Below, piece after piece: positions 12,836-25,729 of a stretch of 64,000 nt of DNA. Both the position numbers and the translations under genes were made by a program. The notes beneath the pieces were generated by a model that ran no database searches, was not told where the DNA came from, and worked only from the letters and a program-made list of their open reading frames with translations. The stretch covers positions 1 to 64,000 of the forward strand of contig FLMG01003138.1 of assembly GCA_900088475.1 (NCBI GenBank), written 5' to 3'. The stretch comes from Hyphochytrium catenoides (Eukaryota > Protista > Hyphochytriomycota). Each line of letters opens with the position of its first letter. The stretch's first letter is position 1.

Positions 12836-15328
12836 TCAATCCCTGAGTTTATCCCACGCTGTAGACTTATTAACAACTGCCTGAGGAGGCAGAGGCTTCG
12901 CGTCAATCCCCTTGAACCTGTAACAGAATGTAACCAACGACGACACGTTAGACTTCAACATTCAGCGGCTCTGTTGTCAGGGTTAAGGGCCGGATTAGAC
13001 AATGCCTCCAAAAGCAATAGCTACAAGCCAGAGATACAGAAGGGAATCTGTAGCCAACAGAAGGCGGACATTCTTTCTTCGCCACTTGCTTGGTAGACGT
13101 TAGGGGTCTGACGTCTGGGGATATGTGCTCTTTATGTTGCTTGTCCTTACCTCCTGTGAGATACAGGGTCATAGCCTAACCTTGAAAATTCTTCTAATCT
13201 TGCAGCGGCAATCCTATGAAGAGAACGTTCTTCCTCCTTGTCAGCCCTCTTCTGACTCTTCTCAGAAAAGGTCTTCTCATGCTCTTTTGCCTTTTTACAC
13301 CGAGTGACAGCTGCATCAGTCACGTTCAGCCGTCTGATAAGCCGCTCTTCGTCCTTCACGTCCTTGGTAAGGATATCGTAGACCATCCCCTCACTGCTCT
13401 TAAATGACTCTGCGATGGCATCGCCATTGGAAACCAAAGAGGGTAAAAAGCAGCTAGTTAGAGAGGACGCTAGCAAAGAGCAGGTCTTCCCGCTCTGCCC
13501 ATCATTTAAGGTTGGCACTACTCGGCTGCCCAAGGCGTATGATACTATCCACTTCAGGCGATCTCTCCCGGGCTATACTCTCTCTCTCTCTCTCGTTCTT
13601 TCTCGCTGCTGATATTGTTCTCTCGCTGGTTGCATTTCAGGTATTGTGAAGATCTCTTAGGGTCCAGTGCTTACCAGGCAGTGCTCGACTTTGTCGTTTG
13701 CTCTTGTCTTCTTTGGTCTTCTCCAACTTCTGCTGAAACTCCTGATCCTTTGCCTCATTGTAGAACTTTGACGTTAGGGGGTTGAGCCCACTTCTCTCTC
13801 TCAGTCTTCTAACTGCTGCCTCCTTGGACTGGCTCTGCTGTTCGTGATCTTTCTGGCCAGAGCTATTTTGATTCCTGGTTACATGGCCATGGTCGAATGG
13901 TGGGAATGCAAGTCGTAGGAGGTTAGAAAGAGTCACATATCACCGGCGGCTCTTCGTGAGCAAAAGAACTTCTAGACCAAGAAGAGGGCACCTGTGGACG
14001 CATAGTTTGGGGAGACATTTCGAAGATCTCAAAGGCAAAAGTACTTACATGTTGGTGATTATGTTATAACCCGCAGAGTGGCGCATTGGCACAGAGCTTT
14101 GAGGCCGCTGTACACTCGTTCTTGTCATGTAACAACAAATGGAAAGAATATCAGGTGCGAATGACGAACAGTCAAGAGGGAGATTAAGACTATATGATGC
14201 ATGGTCGATAATACGAGGGACAGCAAAGTAGGTAAGAATGTAAGTAGAGCTACCAGACGCACGGCTAAAGTAAAAATCACGGAAGAAGGGAGTATGGAGA
14301 GCGTGGCCAGTCTGAGGCAGCGAAGTGGAAGGTGACGGCCGGGAAATAGCAGAGAGGTAGAGCAGGAGAGTAGTTCTTACGACGTCGTAAGGTCTCCGGC
14401 ATTACTGATAATATTGTACGGCGTCCTGGAGCCGTGATGGCTACTCTTCTTAGGTTTCCCCTTTCCCTCCTTTGCAGACGGCAGCGGCTGATGGTCGATG
14501 ATGTTGTATGGCTGAGAGTGAACCATCGCTTTTTCCTGGGAGAAAGAGAGTATTTCAATTACTGAGGCCAACAGAGAGTTGACAGGGAGGTGTGGCATGT
14601 CTTGCAAGAGGGGGTGAGAAAGGGAAAGGCAAGAGGCGGAGAGTGAGGAGAAGAGAGACCAACTGAGTGAGACAGTGGAAACTTTTAACTTTAGCAGGGT
14701 GTAGAAGGAACATTGGGGATACTAGTACTTGCCTTCAGAACTAGGAGGTGATTGAAAGGTTGTTCCTTACCTTTGCCTTTTTCAGTGCATTCTGTTGGCG
14801 CTCTTGTTCTAAAGTCTTCTGAGAGACCTCCTGCCGAAGCGTAACAGTGTATCATCAGATACTTAGGCGCTCTAGCCAACTTTCCCTCTCCATTTCTCTT
14901 GGAGAGACTGCTTGGCACATTCCTAACCGCCCTGACACTTCCCGGTCTCCCACTCGCTTCTCTTTTTTATCTCTCTAGTTCATGCTTTCTTACTTTTCTC
15001 TCTTCTCTTGCTAACGCTTTGGCCAACCCTCCTGGCTTACCTTCTCCTTATCTCTAAACTCCTGTAACAAAGGGTTGTACGCTCGCTGCTGTCTGGTCAT
15101 CTCATAATGTGTGACCTTCGCCACTGCCGGGACATCTGCAGCCTTCCACGACGCGGATGTGCGCTCCGCCTTGCAGGTAAGCATGAGTAAGAGAGAAGAG
15201 AAGAAGCCGAGGAGAGGATCTTTGATGAGGGCTAAACAAGGCCCACCCGGAGGAAAAATCCAGAGTACCTTATAGTTCCTCACTGTATCGGCCCAGGTAG
15301 GCTCATCATATGGATCTGTCCGCACCAT
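12836..15328 (-). CDS. Uncharacterised protein with repeated (Y/F)N(I/P)(I/L) motifs, possibly ciliary (multi-exon)
   Basis: Spliceable exons read MVRTDPYDEPTWADTVRNYK / ...RAYNPLLQEFRD / QPYNIIDHQ...TPYNIISN / AGYNIITN / GLNPLTSKFY / VYDILT...LGYDPVSH / FKGIDAKPL...AWDKLRD*. The start codon is uncertain. Confidence 0.65.
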
Positions 15329-15616
15329 TGCACCTGCAATTTCTTTTGTTTTTGGTCCCTTGAGGCTAATTCTCTTACGCCTCAGGACAACTGATGAGCT
15401 GTCGAGGCAAACATGTGCTTCCCGCCTTCTTGTCTCAGCAACTCTAGACTCATAGGCTCCATGCTCTAATATCACTTGGACTCGGGAGCATTACCTGCGT
15501 CTCCTCTCGCTTCTCCTCCATACGATCTCCCTCGGTCGTTCGTCAAGTTCTTTGAAGCTCCTGTCCCATATAACTCTCTACTCTCTCTCTCTTACCTCTC
15601 TCCTTCAGACTTCTCC

Positions 15617-15691
15617 TTCTCTCTCCTCCCACGCTCTTTTGCTCTCCTCCCACTCTCGTTCTCTCTGCTCCCACGCTCTTTCTCTCTCCTC
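15617..15691. repeat. Imperfect 21-bp tandem repeat (~3.5 units) in a CT-rich tract
   Basis: The units are ttctctctcctcccacgctct / tttgctctcctcccactctcg / ttctctctgctcccacgctct / ttctctctcctc. Confidence 0.85.
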
Positions 15692-16324
15692 TCTGCCTCG
15701 CCTACGAGCTCCTCACCTCACACCTTCTCTACCAGCTAAACATAGTCTAAGGCTCTTGGCCCAGCTAATAAGTGTACCTGCAGACAATCAGAATCATGCT
15801 TGAAACCGACCATAGAGACGGTAACGGCAATTTATTGACTTTATTTAGTCGTCTCGTTCCTGGGTCCCCTTTAAGGTGGGAGAATACTAGTGGAGGAAAT
15901 GATATAGTGGTGTTATCACTAGAGCTTTCGAGGCCATTCAGACTCAATATTGTCGAGTCCAAGAAGTACAGGGGTTAGACACAGAGTTTCACTAGGGAAG
16001 CACTGCAGTGGTAAGGGCCAAGGCAAGAGAGAGGTAGGATGGCAAACATGCGGCGACCTTTGATCTGCAGGTATATATATAGAGGTATTAGGGGTTCTTA
16101 TGGCTGACTGCAATCGGTCAATAGTCTTTTCGTCGTCTGGGGGTCTCTCGTGGCCAACGAGACCGGGAAGTCTGCATCCTCAGCCTCGACAAAGCGATAC
16201 ATATGGTGCTTATGGGTCTCTCCTCTCCTGTCTTCGTCCCCTTCTCCTTTCTTTCTTAAGCTTTACCTACACGGCAGCGCCTTATGTCCACTCCGATCCG
16301 CCGTCTTCCTCTCGTTTGCTATAT

Positions 16325-17902
16325 CTACTTGGCCTCATCTGCCTCTCCTCCATGCTGAGCCACCTCCCCATCCCCATGATACTTCAGGAACTTGGTGAAG
16401 GTTGGCTTCCTTCCCAAGTGCTTGTACCTGATTTTTCCAAAGCTGTGGCCCTTAGCCTTTAGCTGTTTTACTTCTGGAGCGGGAAGGAAGTTAAAGGCGT
16501 AGTCTTTTCTTCCTTCATAGTCCGCATCCTCATAGGGGTCGACAACCTCTATTTTCCAATCTGTACAAGCGATTGTAAGTATAGAGCACAAGTACAGGAG
16601 AAAAAAGGCGGCAGCGAGACGATCCACCATGCAAGGCTGATTAAATAGGGAACCAGATCGACAAAACGAGGGAAAGAGAAGGATGGGGAGAAGACCGGGA
16701 GAAGCTATTTAGGCATAGACTTGTCCTCCCCTAACAATAGTACTTACTATATTGGCTTGCATGTCTCTTTGCAGCCTCCAGAGACTCAAAACGCAGCTTC
16801 CGGTTCATTACATGTAGAGGGTCGGCCGTTGACACCCAGCCCATGAGAGGGTTGCGCCATTGTGCTGTTTTGAGAGTGTGATCCCGCAATAAATAAGACC
16901 ACGGTGACAGACCAGGGTGGGCACGGAGAGAGTATGATCGGTATAATAAGAAACAACAACCGCGCAGTGGAAGAGCTTAGGGATCAACATCGACGTATTG
17001 AGCTAAAACCAGGAGTGCTTCTAGAGCTGCAAGATGCGAGGTAGCTAGAAATGAGCTTGTCCTACTTTCATCGGGGAAGACAATCTCCCAATGTTCCAAG
17101 CGGTTCGTGGGGTTCTGCATCGGGTTGGCCTCGGCTCTACGGATGATCGCCTAAGTAGCAGAGGTCAATTTCCCAGCAAAGCGGAAAGAGGAAGTAGCAA
17201 GAGGTAGCGTGGAGCGAAGACCAGTGGTGGGCAGGGGGATGCAAAGTGGAAGTGGCATATGTAGGTGGTAGCCTCGCGAAGGTAGTGCTGGGGAACCATC
17301 TGTCTCATTAAGGCGAGGAATCGAATGTAAAACGACGGCTTTTACGGTGCTTACAGGTGCATTGAAAGCCTCATCTGTGTAACCAGTGTTGATTCGCAAC
17401 TCCTTGGGATCCTCAACCTCATACGGCATATCTGTAAAGGCAATGCCGTTGCTAAACCAAGGAGCTACACAGGCAGGTGCAAAGGCGGTTAGTGGCTAGC
17501 AGTTGATTAATAGCCACCGATATCGCGGGTGACTTACCAACTCGGTTAACGTCTTGCATGGCCTTTCGCTGCAGGGAGAGGAAGGAGGACATTCAGAAGG
17601 TAGTCCAAGAGGACAGCGTCAGCGCCGTATAAAGAGGGTAGCCTAGAAACAGATGCATTCTCCCCATATTTCGCCCGTTTGAGATTCCAAGGGAGGAGCA
17701 CGGAAAATGCATTGCTTGAGAAAAGCGACCGAGTTACCTTATTGACTACGCTATCATGCTTCTTTTTCGCTAATGCATCTGCTTTCTCCTTCTCCTGAAG
17801 AGCCTTCTTCTCTGCCTCAGTGCTGAGCAACCTTGCAGCTGAGATGACCGATGCGGGGCGCAAGCGAGAGGTGATTGTTAAGGTCCGCGTCTGGGCCAGC
17901 AT
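16325..17902 (-). CDS. NDUFS4: NADH:ubiquinone oxidoreductase 18 kDa subunit (complex I NDUFS4), multi-exon
   Basis: It has a mitochondrial-type presequence (MLAQTRTLTITSRLRPASVISAARLLST). The exons read AIIRRAEANPMQNPTNRLEHWEIVF, WRNPLMGWVSTADPL...LRFESLEAAKRHA (~16750-16865, missed by the ORF track) and WKIEVVDP...KDYAFNF. Confidence 0.9.
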
Positions 17903-19331
17903 TGTCTTGTTAGAGCATCAACCAGGAGTTATCTCGTGATTAAGATTTGCGCTGCTCCTTCGCAATGGAGCCTATCAATCTTCGAACTACGTTAGAATAA
18001 GAGACTGGAGCTGCAACTGCATTGATAAATGAAATCCAATGCGAAAGCTGCAGAAATCAGTCCACCAAAAGCTCTGTTCTTCCTTCCATCGCTGCTTTGG
18101 CTGCTGACTGGACTGGTAACTATCTACCGTCCAGAATAAAGAGATTTACCGAAGGTAGCTGTCTCTGGAGTGCTTCGGCACCCTAAAGCTAACACAGATA
18201 AGGGGCTACTGCCCCTAGCGAGCGAAAGTAAACTGCACGAGGCCCAAAAGAAGGGAAGCCTTGTCCCAAAACCCAATCTGGGATAGCCACACTGATAGCC
18301 GAAACTAATTTTCAGGGGTTATCAATCTATTTTAATATCAGTTATCAAGGTCTACAGGTGGCGGGTGATGATGAGAAGGGGGGGAAAGCAAATGATGCAG
18401 CAACGCGGCGATGGAGCTTTGACTGCTTCCTCGTCCAGAAGAGAGCCAGTGCTCATTATCTCCCATGTCAAGTGTGCTTGCTTCATTGTCCACTGCACAT
18501 CGTACCCTTATCTTGGTGACCAGCGAGTGATGCTGGGGCCGGGAGACATATATGTGTCCCTAATGGCTTCTGATTGTCAAAGCCTCAGTCTTGGCGTCTC
18601 CGCAGCACTGCCTCGGAGGGAACGTGACAACCGCCTGGCAACCCTAGCTCTGGATGACCTCAACTGCTGTTCAGTGGAAATTTCTGGGGTCTCTGCTTAC
18701 TATTCAGTAATCGCTAGGTTGAACACTTGCGATCGCCAGCTGTAGGACCTGATGAAACTGATGATATAGCTAGTGGATAATTCCCGTCTTCTTACGCTTT
18801 GTTTTCTTACTCGTTCTATTCAGCTCGACCGGTCCCTCTGACTATCACAACGATGTCTTTGAATAATCGTACGCCTAGCTGCAGGATTTGCTTCACGTGT
18901 TGTCTAAAGCTTAAAGAAAGTAGCATCCTCGAGGTCGAGATGGGAGCTTTCCAGGCAATGGTTATGGAGCTCCCGCCCCTCCGCTCCCGCGTTTTCCTGG
19001 TTATGTTCTCCAAGGCGACAAGATCTTACTCTTGTTGCGGGGGTATCTGGTGGAACCTCAATTCTGTTTATTTTGTTGTCTACTTGACTCCATGTATTCT
19101 TTTGGTCAAGGAGATTGCTAGTGGAATCGCTTCCCAAGGCCGTTGTCCGTGATGTTGCCTGTCATACTCTGAATGGAAAACCCGGCAACAAGGGCCCCTA
19201 CAGAGTCGTGGACTATCTATATGGAGACTGGCTCCAACTCAAGGAAGGAGAAGAAAGGGCAGGTTCTTGAGGAAACGGCCCAGAGATAAGTATGACAGTC
19301 AAGAGAGGCAAAGATAGAGGAGGATTGTCCC

Positions 19332-22300
19332 CTAAGATGGCAAAGGAGAGATAGAAGCTACTGCCATTTGCTGCAAACATCAAATCTCTTGAAAGGGATT
19401 TCAAGACAAAGAAGATCATCTTCTGATCGCCTTTTGCCATCCTGATTCTCTCTCCCTTTAGCGCTTCTCTTTGCCAGTCATTCTGAGAAGAAAATCCTGA
19501 CCTCAACCCCTTTCTATTATATGTTCCTGATCTTCCCTAAATACATAGAATTAACCGCTAGCACTTCGTACTGCCTAACCTGGTCCACTGGCTGCTTCTG
19601 AGGGCGAACTACTCCGGCTGANNNNNNNNNNNNNNNNNNNNNNNNNNNNNNNNNNNNNNNNNNNNNNNNNNNNNNNNNAGTTCCTAATAGCCCAGCCCAA
19701 TTGCCAGACATCCCTCCGCTTGATAGAGTCGTAGCGGAAGAGCTGGCAGACAGGGAAGGAACTGATGTGCTTCGGTGAGACCCGTAGGCCAAGTAAGGAG
19801 GAAGACCGTTAACCTGGCCGAGACCTGGAGTGGAGCTGACCATCGGGTGCTGAAGCAGATCATCAAAGGCAGCGGGACCCTTGGCATTTGTGGACAGTGA
19901 GCGTCCCGTTCCGCCTAAAGCAACAGATGGTCCTGCTGGGTTGCCTCCTTGCGGCTGTGCGACGGGAGGCTTTGTAGAGAAGTCCAGTCCATTGAGTGGC
20001 GTATGAGCACCCGTTGGTGTTACATTGCCAGAATAATTCGGGGACGCAGTTCCTGGAGAACCAGACGATTCGCTTAGTCCTCGCGCTACGTTATGCACTT
20101 GCTCTTTCCAGTCCGCTTCAAACTTCATGAGCCGCTGTTCTCTCATTGCCATCGCTCTCTGCTTCTTTTTCTGGAACTCTTCCATGCGCTTCCGATGTCT
20201 CTCCATTTCCTTCCTGTGCTTCTCTTCTTCATCCTTCATAGCCTGCTCTAAAGAATAATCCCTACGATCAAATGCCGACGTTGCGACTTTGAGCTGCCTT
20301 TCGTACTCCTTCTTCTTTATGTGCAGCGAAATGTCCTCTGTACAACAAAAAAGATGGCAGGTCAGCATCAGATGTAACCCAGCCAGCTAATAGAGGAGAT
20401 GGCGCTGAAGAGAGGCGAAACGACCCCAATTCAGAGGAGGTGCCAAAGCGAGAGCACAAAGGATGGTAAGTGGCAATCTAGACAGTACGTTTTCGCCAAA
20501 TGAGACGATTGGATCTGGGAGAAGCAGACAACATTACCTCCCTCAAGCCGGAAGGTCGGTGAGCTTGGGTCAACATTGTACGCCAGGTTACCTGGAATAG
20601 GCGAAAGAGAGCCACCAGCATCCTTACTAGAGTCCATATCTGTGGATACCGACAGACCAGAGGAAGGGCCTGCACTCCCGCCCTGGCCCGGGGCAGCCTG
20701 CCCAGATGAGAGAGCAGTCTCTGGCATTGGCAATCCAGGGCTCACCTCTGAAGGGCGTGGAGGAGCAGCCAATGGCGTATGCGCGGACGGCAGTGGAACC
20801 GAAACTGCATCAGGGATTGTTACTACGGGGGTCATAAGCGGTTCGGGAAGAGGGGCAGCAAGTGCTGGACTGAGGCTTGGATAGTCAGTGGCTGCCGCTC
20901 CGGCTGGGGGTCCCAAAATCAGGGTTGGTGGCCCTGCGGCCACCCCTCCTCCTTGACTCCTACCTCCGGGACTATTGGGCGGTAGCGTGCTGGCGTCTGA
21001 GCCCATGGACACGAGGATGGGCCCTGAGCCCTGCGCACGACCAACCGGCCTATAGTTAAATGGGTGAGGCTCCGGAGCATCGTCCCAGATATCAATATGG
21101 CCCTTCTCGTAGCGCTTATTCTTTCCCTCCGTAACTAAATAAGCTATTGAATGAGCTATATCTTCAACTTCACTCTCCGGGATACCAACGTCAAAGGAGA
21201 GCTCACAAGACACCTCATGGGGACTGTCCGTGTAGAGGTTGAATGAGAACTTTATCTCCTTCGACCGCCCTGAAGAGAATAAGGTAATAAACCACAGTCA
21301 GAAGTCGAAGGATGGGTCAAAATGGTGTATGCGCGGAAGGCAGTGGAGGAGCGGCCACTGATAATTCAGTAAGTGATGAGAACTGTGAAGGATGGGTCGA
21401 ATCGCTGAAGAGGTTAAGCGTTTCCTGAAAGACTGTCGGATGAGAGGAAAGTATTGAAGAAAGAGCCGGGTGCTAGAGTAAAAATCTATGTAGAGAGACA
21501 GGAGAACCACAAGCCAATAGAACGCAATCAACCTACCTTCTAGATAGACCCGCAATAGCAATAAAATTGAGTTCTCATGCTCCGGGTCAGGCAAAGACTT
21601 GATCTCATGCTTAGCCTTACGGCGCTTAGCACCTTCCACAGGAGGAACACCGGTCACGACGGGTCCGATCGACCCTTGAGATTCACTCTCTCCTGCTACG
21701 GAAGTGAGTGTCTTTCCAGAACCATCAGATGGTGTTGGGCCTTGCACTTTGGAGGAGGTCGAGGCTGCCTGGAGAGAATCTCGGGGTGTCTTGCTGTCTG
21801 CTGGTGCAGCCGGAGGCTTGACCGCTTCCCCTAGCTGGTCCTTAGGTTCTGACTGCTTCTGGAAGAGTGCCATAAAGGAGCGAGCATCCGCCTCCTTTGC
21901 TGCTTCCGCAGCTCTCGCCGCCTTGACCACAGGAGAGAGACCCCACTGGGATTCCGGTCGTGTATCTGGCTCTTGAAGAACTTCTCCTCTACCTGACATA
22001 ATCGTCATCTGTCGAGATCGTACACTTGGCTCTACATCGGACATTGCCTCGAGAATCCCCTCTGCATCCACAGGATGATAAACGTCACTCTGTGGGGCCA
22101 GTGGGTACAAATGCTCCTCTTCTTCGCTCGCCCCTGAACCCCCACGGACTAATGAACCGTCAACTGCTACCGATCGCGTCACGGGAATGGAGCCGCGTCT
22201 GCTCCGGCCCGGAAAGTCATTCTTTCGATCTTCAAACTCACTTGTCTCCACTTCATCATCTACATCATGGTCAAGACTCCCGGTGTGAGGCCTCGCAGGC

Positions 22301-23735
22301 TCAGGAGCGTTATCAACTGCAAAATTAAGTAACACAAGGTAATAACATTAGCGGATGAAGGGATAATTCAATGATAGTGTAAACATCTTACCTATGACTT
22401 CCTCATCATCGTCCGGTCCTTCCTGCAAAAAAGGGCTACTGAGGAGATACTCAGCAGTAACATCAACCAGACCTCCGCCTCGAGAGAGACAAAGCTCAAT
22501 AAACTCCTTTGCGCCTTTGTTCTTCACTCTTTGAAGAGCTGCAGGTCTAATGCCCTACAGGATTATGAGTAGTGCGGAATGGAGAGCAAGGGATGTGTCA
22601 GTGACACAAGACACAAGCCAAACGTTAAGAAACATATAAGCTAAGGCTCTTATGGAAAAGAGCTCAGACATGTGACAGGAACGCCAGATGGCCATACCGC
22701 TGTGACTTTTTTATATATTTGTGCTGGATTGACACACTCCATGTAGGGAATCTGCTTAGTGATCATCTCTAGAACGCACATCCCGAAGGCATAGATGTCG
22801 ACTTTCTCGTCGTAGTTCTCATCGTACAGCTCAGGTGCCATGAACTCAGGGGTTCCTGTTTAGAAGATTTACCGAAAGAGACAGACAGAGAACAAAGGAT
22901 GCAACAGTAAGCGATGGAAACTAGAATATATCTGTCATTTGATTGGGCTGACTTCTGAGCAATTAGTCATCTATCACACGCTACGGGTAGTAGTACGGCA
23001 GGAGGAGACACGAACTCGGAGGCAATCGTACCTAAGACACTCTGGGCATTCCGACCCACTGCCATCTGTGTTGATAGGCCAAGATCACCAATCCGGAGAT
23101 CCCCTGTGCTGCCGTTGATGAAGATATTGTCACATTTGAGATCTCTATGGATAATGGGCGGGTTATGGCTGTGCAGATACTTCAATCCTTCCAGTATCTG
23201 CCGGCACCAGCGCCTAATAATCTTCCATCGAACTAGCTGCACTCGCTTGATGAACCTTTGTTGGCGACATATTGAGGATACAGAAAGTTCACAAGTCAGT
23301 GCATTGCGTCTAAGACTCAACCGAAGACGCTAGAAAACTTACGAGCTTAGGGTCCCAGACGTGACAATCTCTGTTATAAAGACCACCTGCTGCTTCTCCC
23401 TATTTACCCATGAGCCGTGAAAGTTGATAATATTCTTATGCTCCAGCGTTTGCAAGAGCTTCACTTCTTGAATGATTCTGTTCTTTTCAGCCTTGGGCAT
23501 AGAAGCAATGTCCACTTGGTTCCAGGCAACCTCGATACCCTCGCGGGTGTCATAGGCCTTATACACCGTCTTGTAGGCACCACTACCCAAGCGCGTATTG
23601 AACTGCAAGGGGAACGGACATAGGACGATTAGCATACAATGTTCGGGCAAAACAAAGCTATGGCGATTTTGATACCCGTATGTATCGTCCTTGAGGCGAT
23701 CGGTCCGTAATCTCCTCCTCTGGTTGCATGGCCAT
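19332..23735 (-). CDS. WNK: WNK (with-no-lysine) Ser/Thr protein kinase (multi-exon; 3' end approximate)
   Basis: The N-terminus reads [26 protein letters not shown]...EVAWNQV, with the catalytic Lys in subdomain I. Further motifs are [17 protein letters not shown]...[36 protein letters not shown], a CCT/PF2-like domain (LLLRV...[21 protein letters not shown]), a Pro/Ser-rich region and a C-terminal coiled coil. Confidence 0.93.
19622..19678. other. Assembly gap (57 N) inside a WNK exon
   Basis: Run of n. The reading frame is maintained across it. Confidence 0.99.
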
Positions 23736-25729
23736 CCTTCCCAGTACCGCTCGCAGCTCCCCAGGCGACGATACTCCAGAGCAAGCTGAGCGCTCTTATG
23801 GCAGCTCAGCGGACACCGCTATGCTCTTTTAGCCTCATCTCCACAATGGTTTTTGACAAGGGCAGCCAAGATTGGACACAAGTGTCCTCTGCCCTAGGGC
23901 AGAAGTGCCTAAACCCTAGAAGGAGAAAGCCATGTTACCGTGTGAAGCTCATCACAGATTCCTTAGGTGACGCATATTCAACCTCCGAAAGGGCAGCAGT
24001 TCTGTGCTTATCTCGCTTGTCTGGACTCCAGCGCTGCTTCAAGGTAAGCGGTGCAAAGCCGGTCTGAGCAGGAAAGAAGATTCTTTCTTCTTTGTGGACC
24101 CCAATTAGTCACGCCAGAGGCATCACGACCATCCACAGACAGTGTCGGCACACGTTTACCCGCGTTGGCGCCCCACTTAAGAGCGCTGTCACGCACTTTT
24201 GAAAGCGGCAGGGCAGCCAGCCGAGAAAAAGCCAATAAAACTCGTGGAAGGAGGACGGAAAAAGCCCTGCCTTTCCGTTGTCTAATAATCAGACGGGGAT
24301 TCAAGTCCCACTGTCGGCATAGCTTACCGCCAAGCCTGTCCTCTAACAATACCTAGGAAGCCCCTCCCACACAGGAAAGCAATAACTCTCACAGGCTTTT
24401 CTTATAGTGCACAAGCAATAGGGTAAAAGAAGCAAAAGAAAGAGTAGAGAGAGAAAGACCAATTTATGAGAGAGGAAGAGGTTGAGGAACGATGCAATAC
24501 AGAGCGGGGCTCGAGATGTACTCACAGAGAGAACAGAGACGGCGGTCTCGGCTTTGAGGACTGGCTTGTAAGTGAGGTGCTACTATTATGCTTTGAACCT
24601 TCATCTTCAAGCTATTGAGTGTGTGTTAACCCCAGAGGTCAATTAGTGCCCTTCATATTATTACTACCGGGCTTGGTGAGTTTCGAAAAGCCTTCCTCTC
24701 TCTGTGCTCTCTTCTCGTCCCTTTGCTCTTTTGCCCTGCCCTCCTCTTTCTCTTTCTTGTCTGTCTTTCCTCCCCTTGCGTCCCAACCCCCAACAGAATA
24801 CTTTCCCTGTCCGTGCTCATCTTACAGCCTCACCCGCTCTGGCTCGATTGTTATAAACAGTAGAACTATCTGTCTTGTGTTCCTCTACCTCTCGCATCTT
24901 CCCTTTTTCGGTTCCCTTCCCTCATTACTCTTGAGCTTCCACATTTAGTTGGTACGAGCAGCAAGAAAGGACGGATGGGGCAGGCTTCATTTTTGCTTTT
25001 GACTGTGTTTGAATTACGCACGTGAATTGCAGGTTCCTCACAATTGTTCAACAAGGGCCCTTTCTTTAGAAGTCCTATAAAAGCAAGAGTAGAAGGACAG
25101 GTCATCTCCTGTAAGATTGCACAGTAATTGTACGAATACCTGTAAGAAAACGCTTTACCTGCTGCTTTTTGTTATTTTCTATTCCCGACTTTATTAGCCT
25201 TCAGTAGGCCAGACCCATTTCCAAGAGCTATGGCCCTATTATTCAGCAGAACCACAATTATGGGGTTTCTGGGAAATTGCGGGCGGTGGGTGAGTAGACG
25301 ATATCAAAGTCAATAGGTGCTGCAAAATCCAATTTATAAAAAAAGTACCAATAAGCGCATAAAAACCAGCTAAAAAGGGCCCAAATTTCACTTGTCCCAG
25401 CAGGTTACGATCCAATTTGGAGCTTGACCGAGTTTGTGAGTTTGACACGGTTTCTAGCTTGCAGCTTGTAGGTTACTCGTAGAGTCTACTACTACACTTT
25501 CCAATGATTAACTTCATAAGTGGATTTCGGACTTCAGAATTGCGAAGCACTTGTCGTCTTCTTGTTATTCTAGAGTTCCAGATCCCAGACGGCTCCGTCT
25601 TACTCGCAGATTCTACTCTTATCCTGTAGCTTGGCTCATCATCCAATCGGGCCCTTCATTGACAATCTTGGAGGATTCATCTTCCATAAGGGCCGGGGAC
25701 AGGGTTTTCATGGTAGAGAGGAAGCGAGA

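Noticed and set aside
15492-15712. Stop-codon reassignment (TGA/TAG read as Trp)
   Set aside because: Well-conserved genes in the window terminate at TGA (bystin, APC10) and TAG (PHYHD1, NDUFS4) and use TGG for Trp.
16561-16630. Apparent signal peptide MVDRLAAAFFLLYLCSILTIAC suggesting a separate secreted protein (ORF 16325..16630)
   Set aside because: It is intron sequence. The downstream part splices in frame as the last exon of NDUFS4.
18000-19300. Short ORFs on both strands between WNK and NDUFS4
   Set aside because: No recognisable motif or consistent exon chain. Probably UTR or intergenic, although extra WNK 3' exons cannot be excluded.
23798-25700. ORFs upstream of WNK and PHYHD1
   Set aside because: Low-complexity purine/pyrimidine tracts typical of 5' UTR introns or a divergent promoter, with no protein signature.
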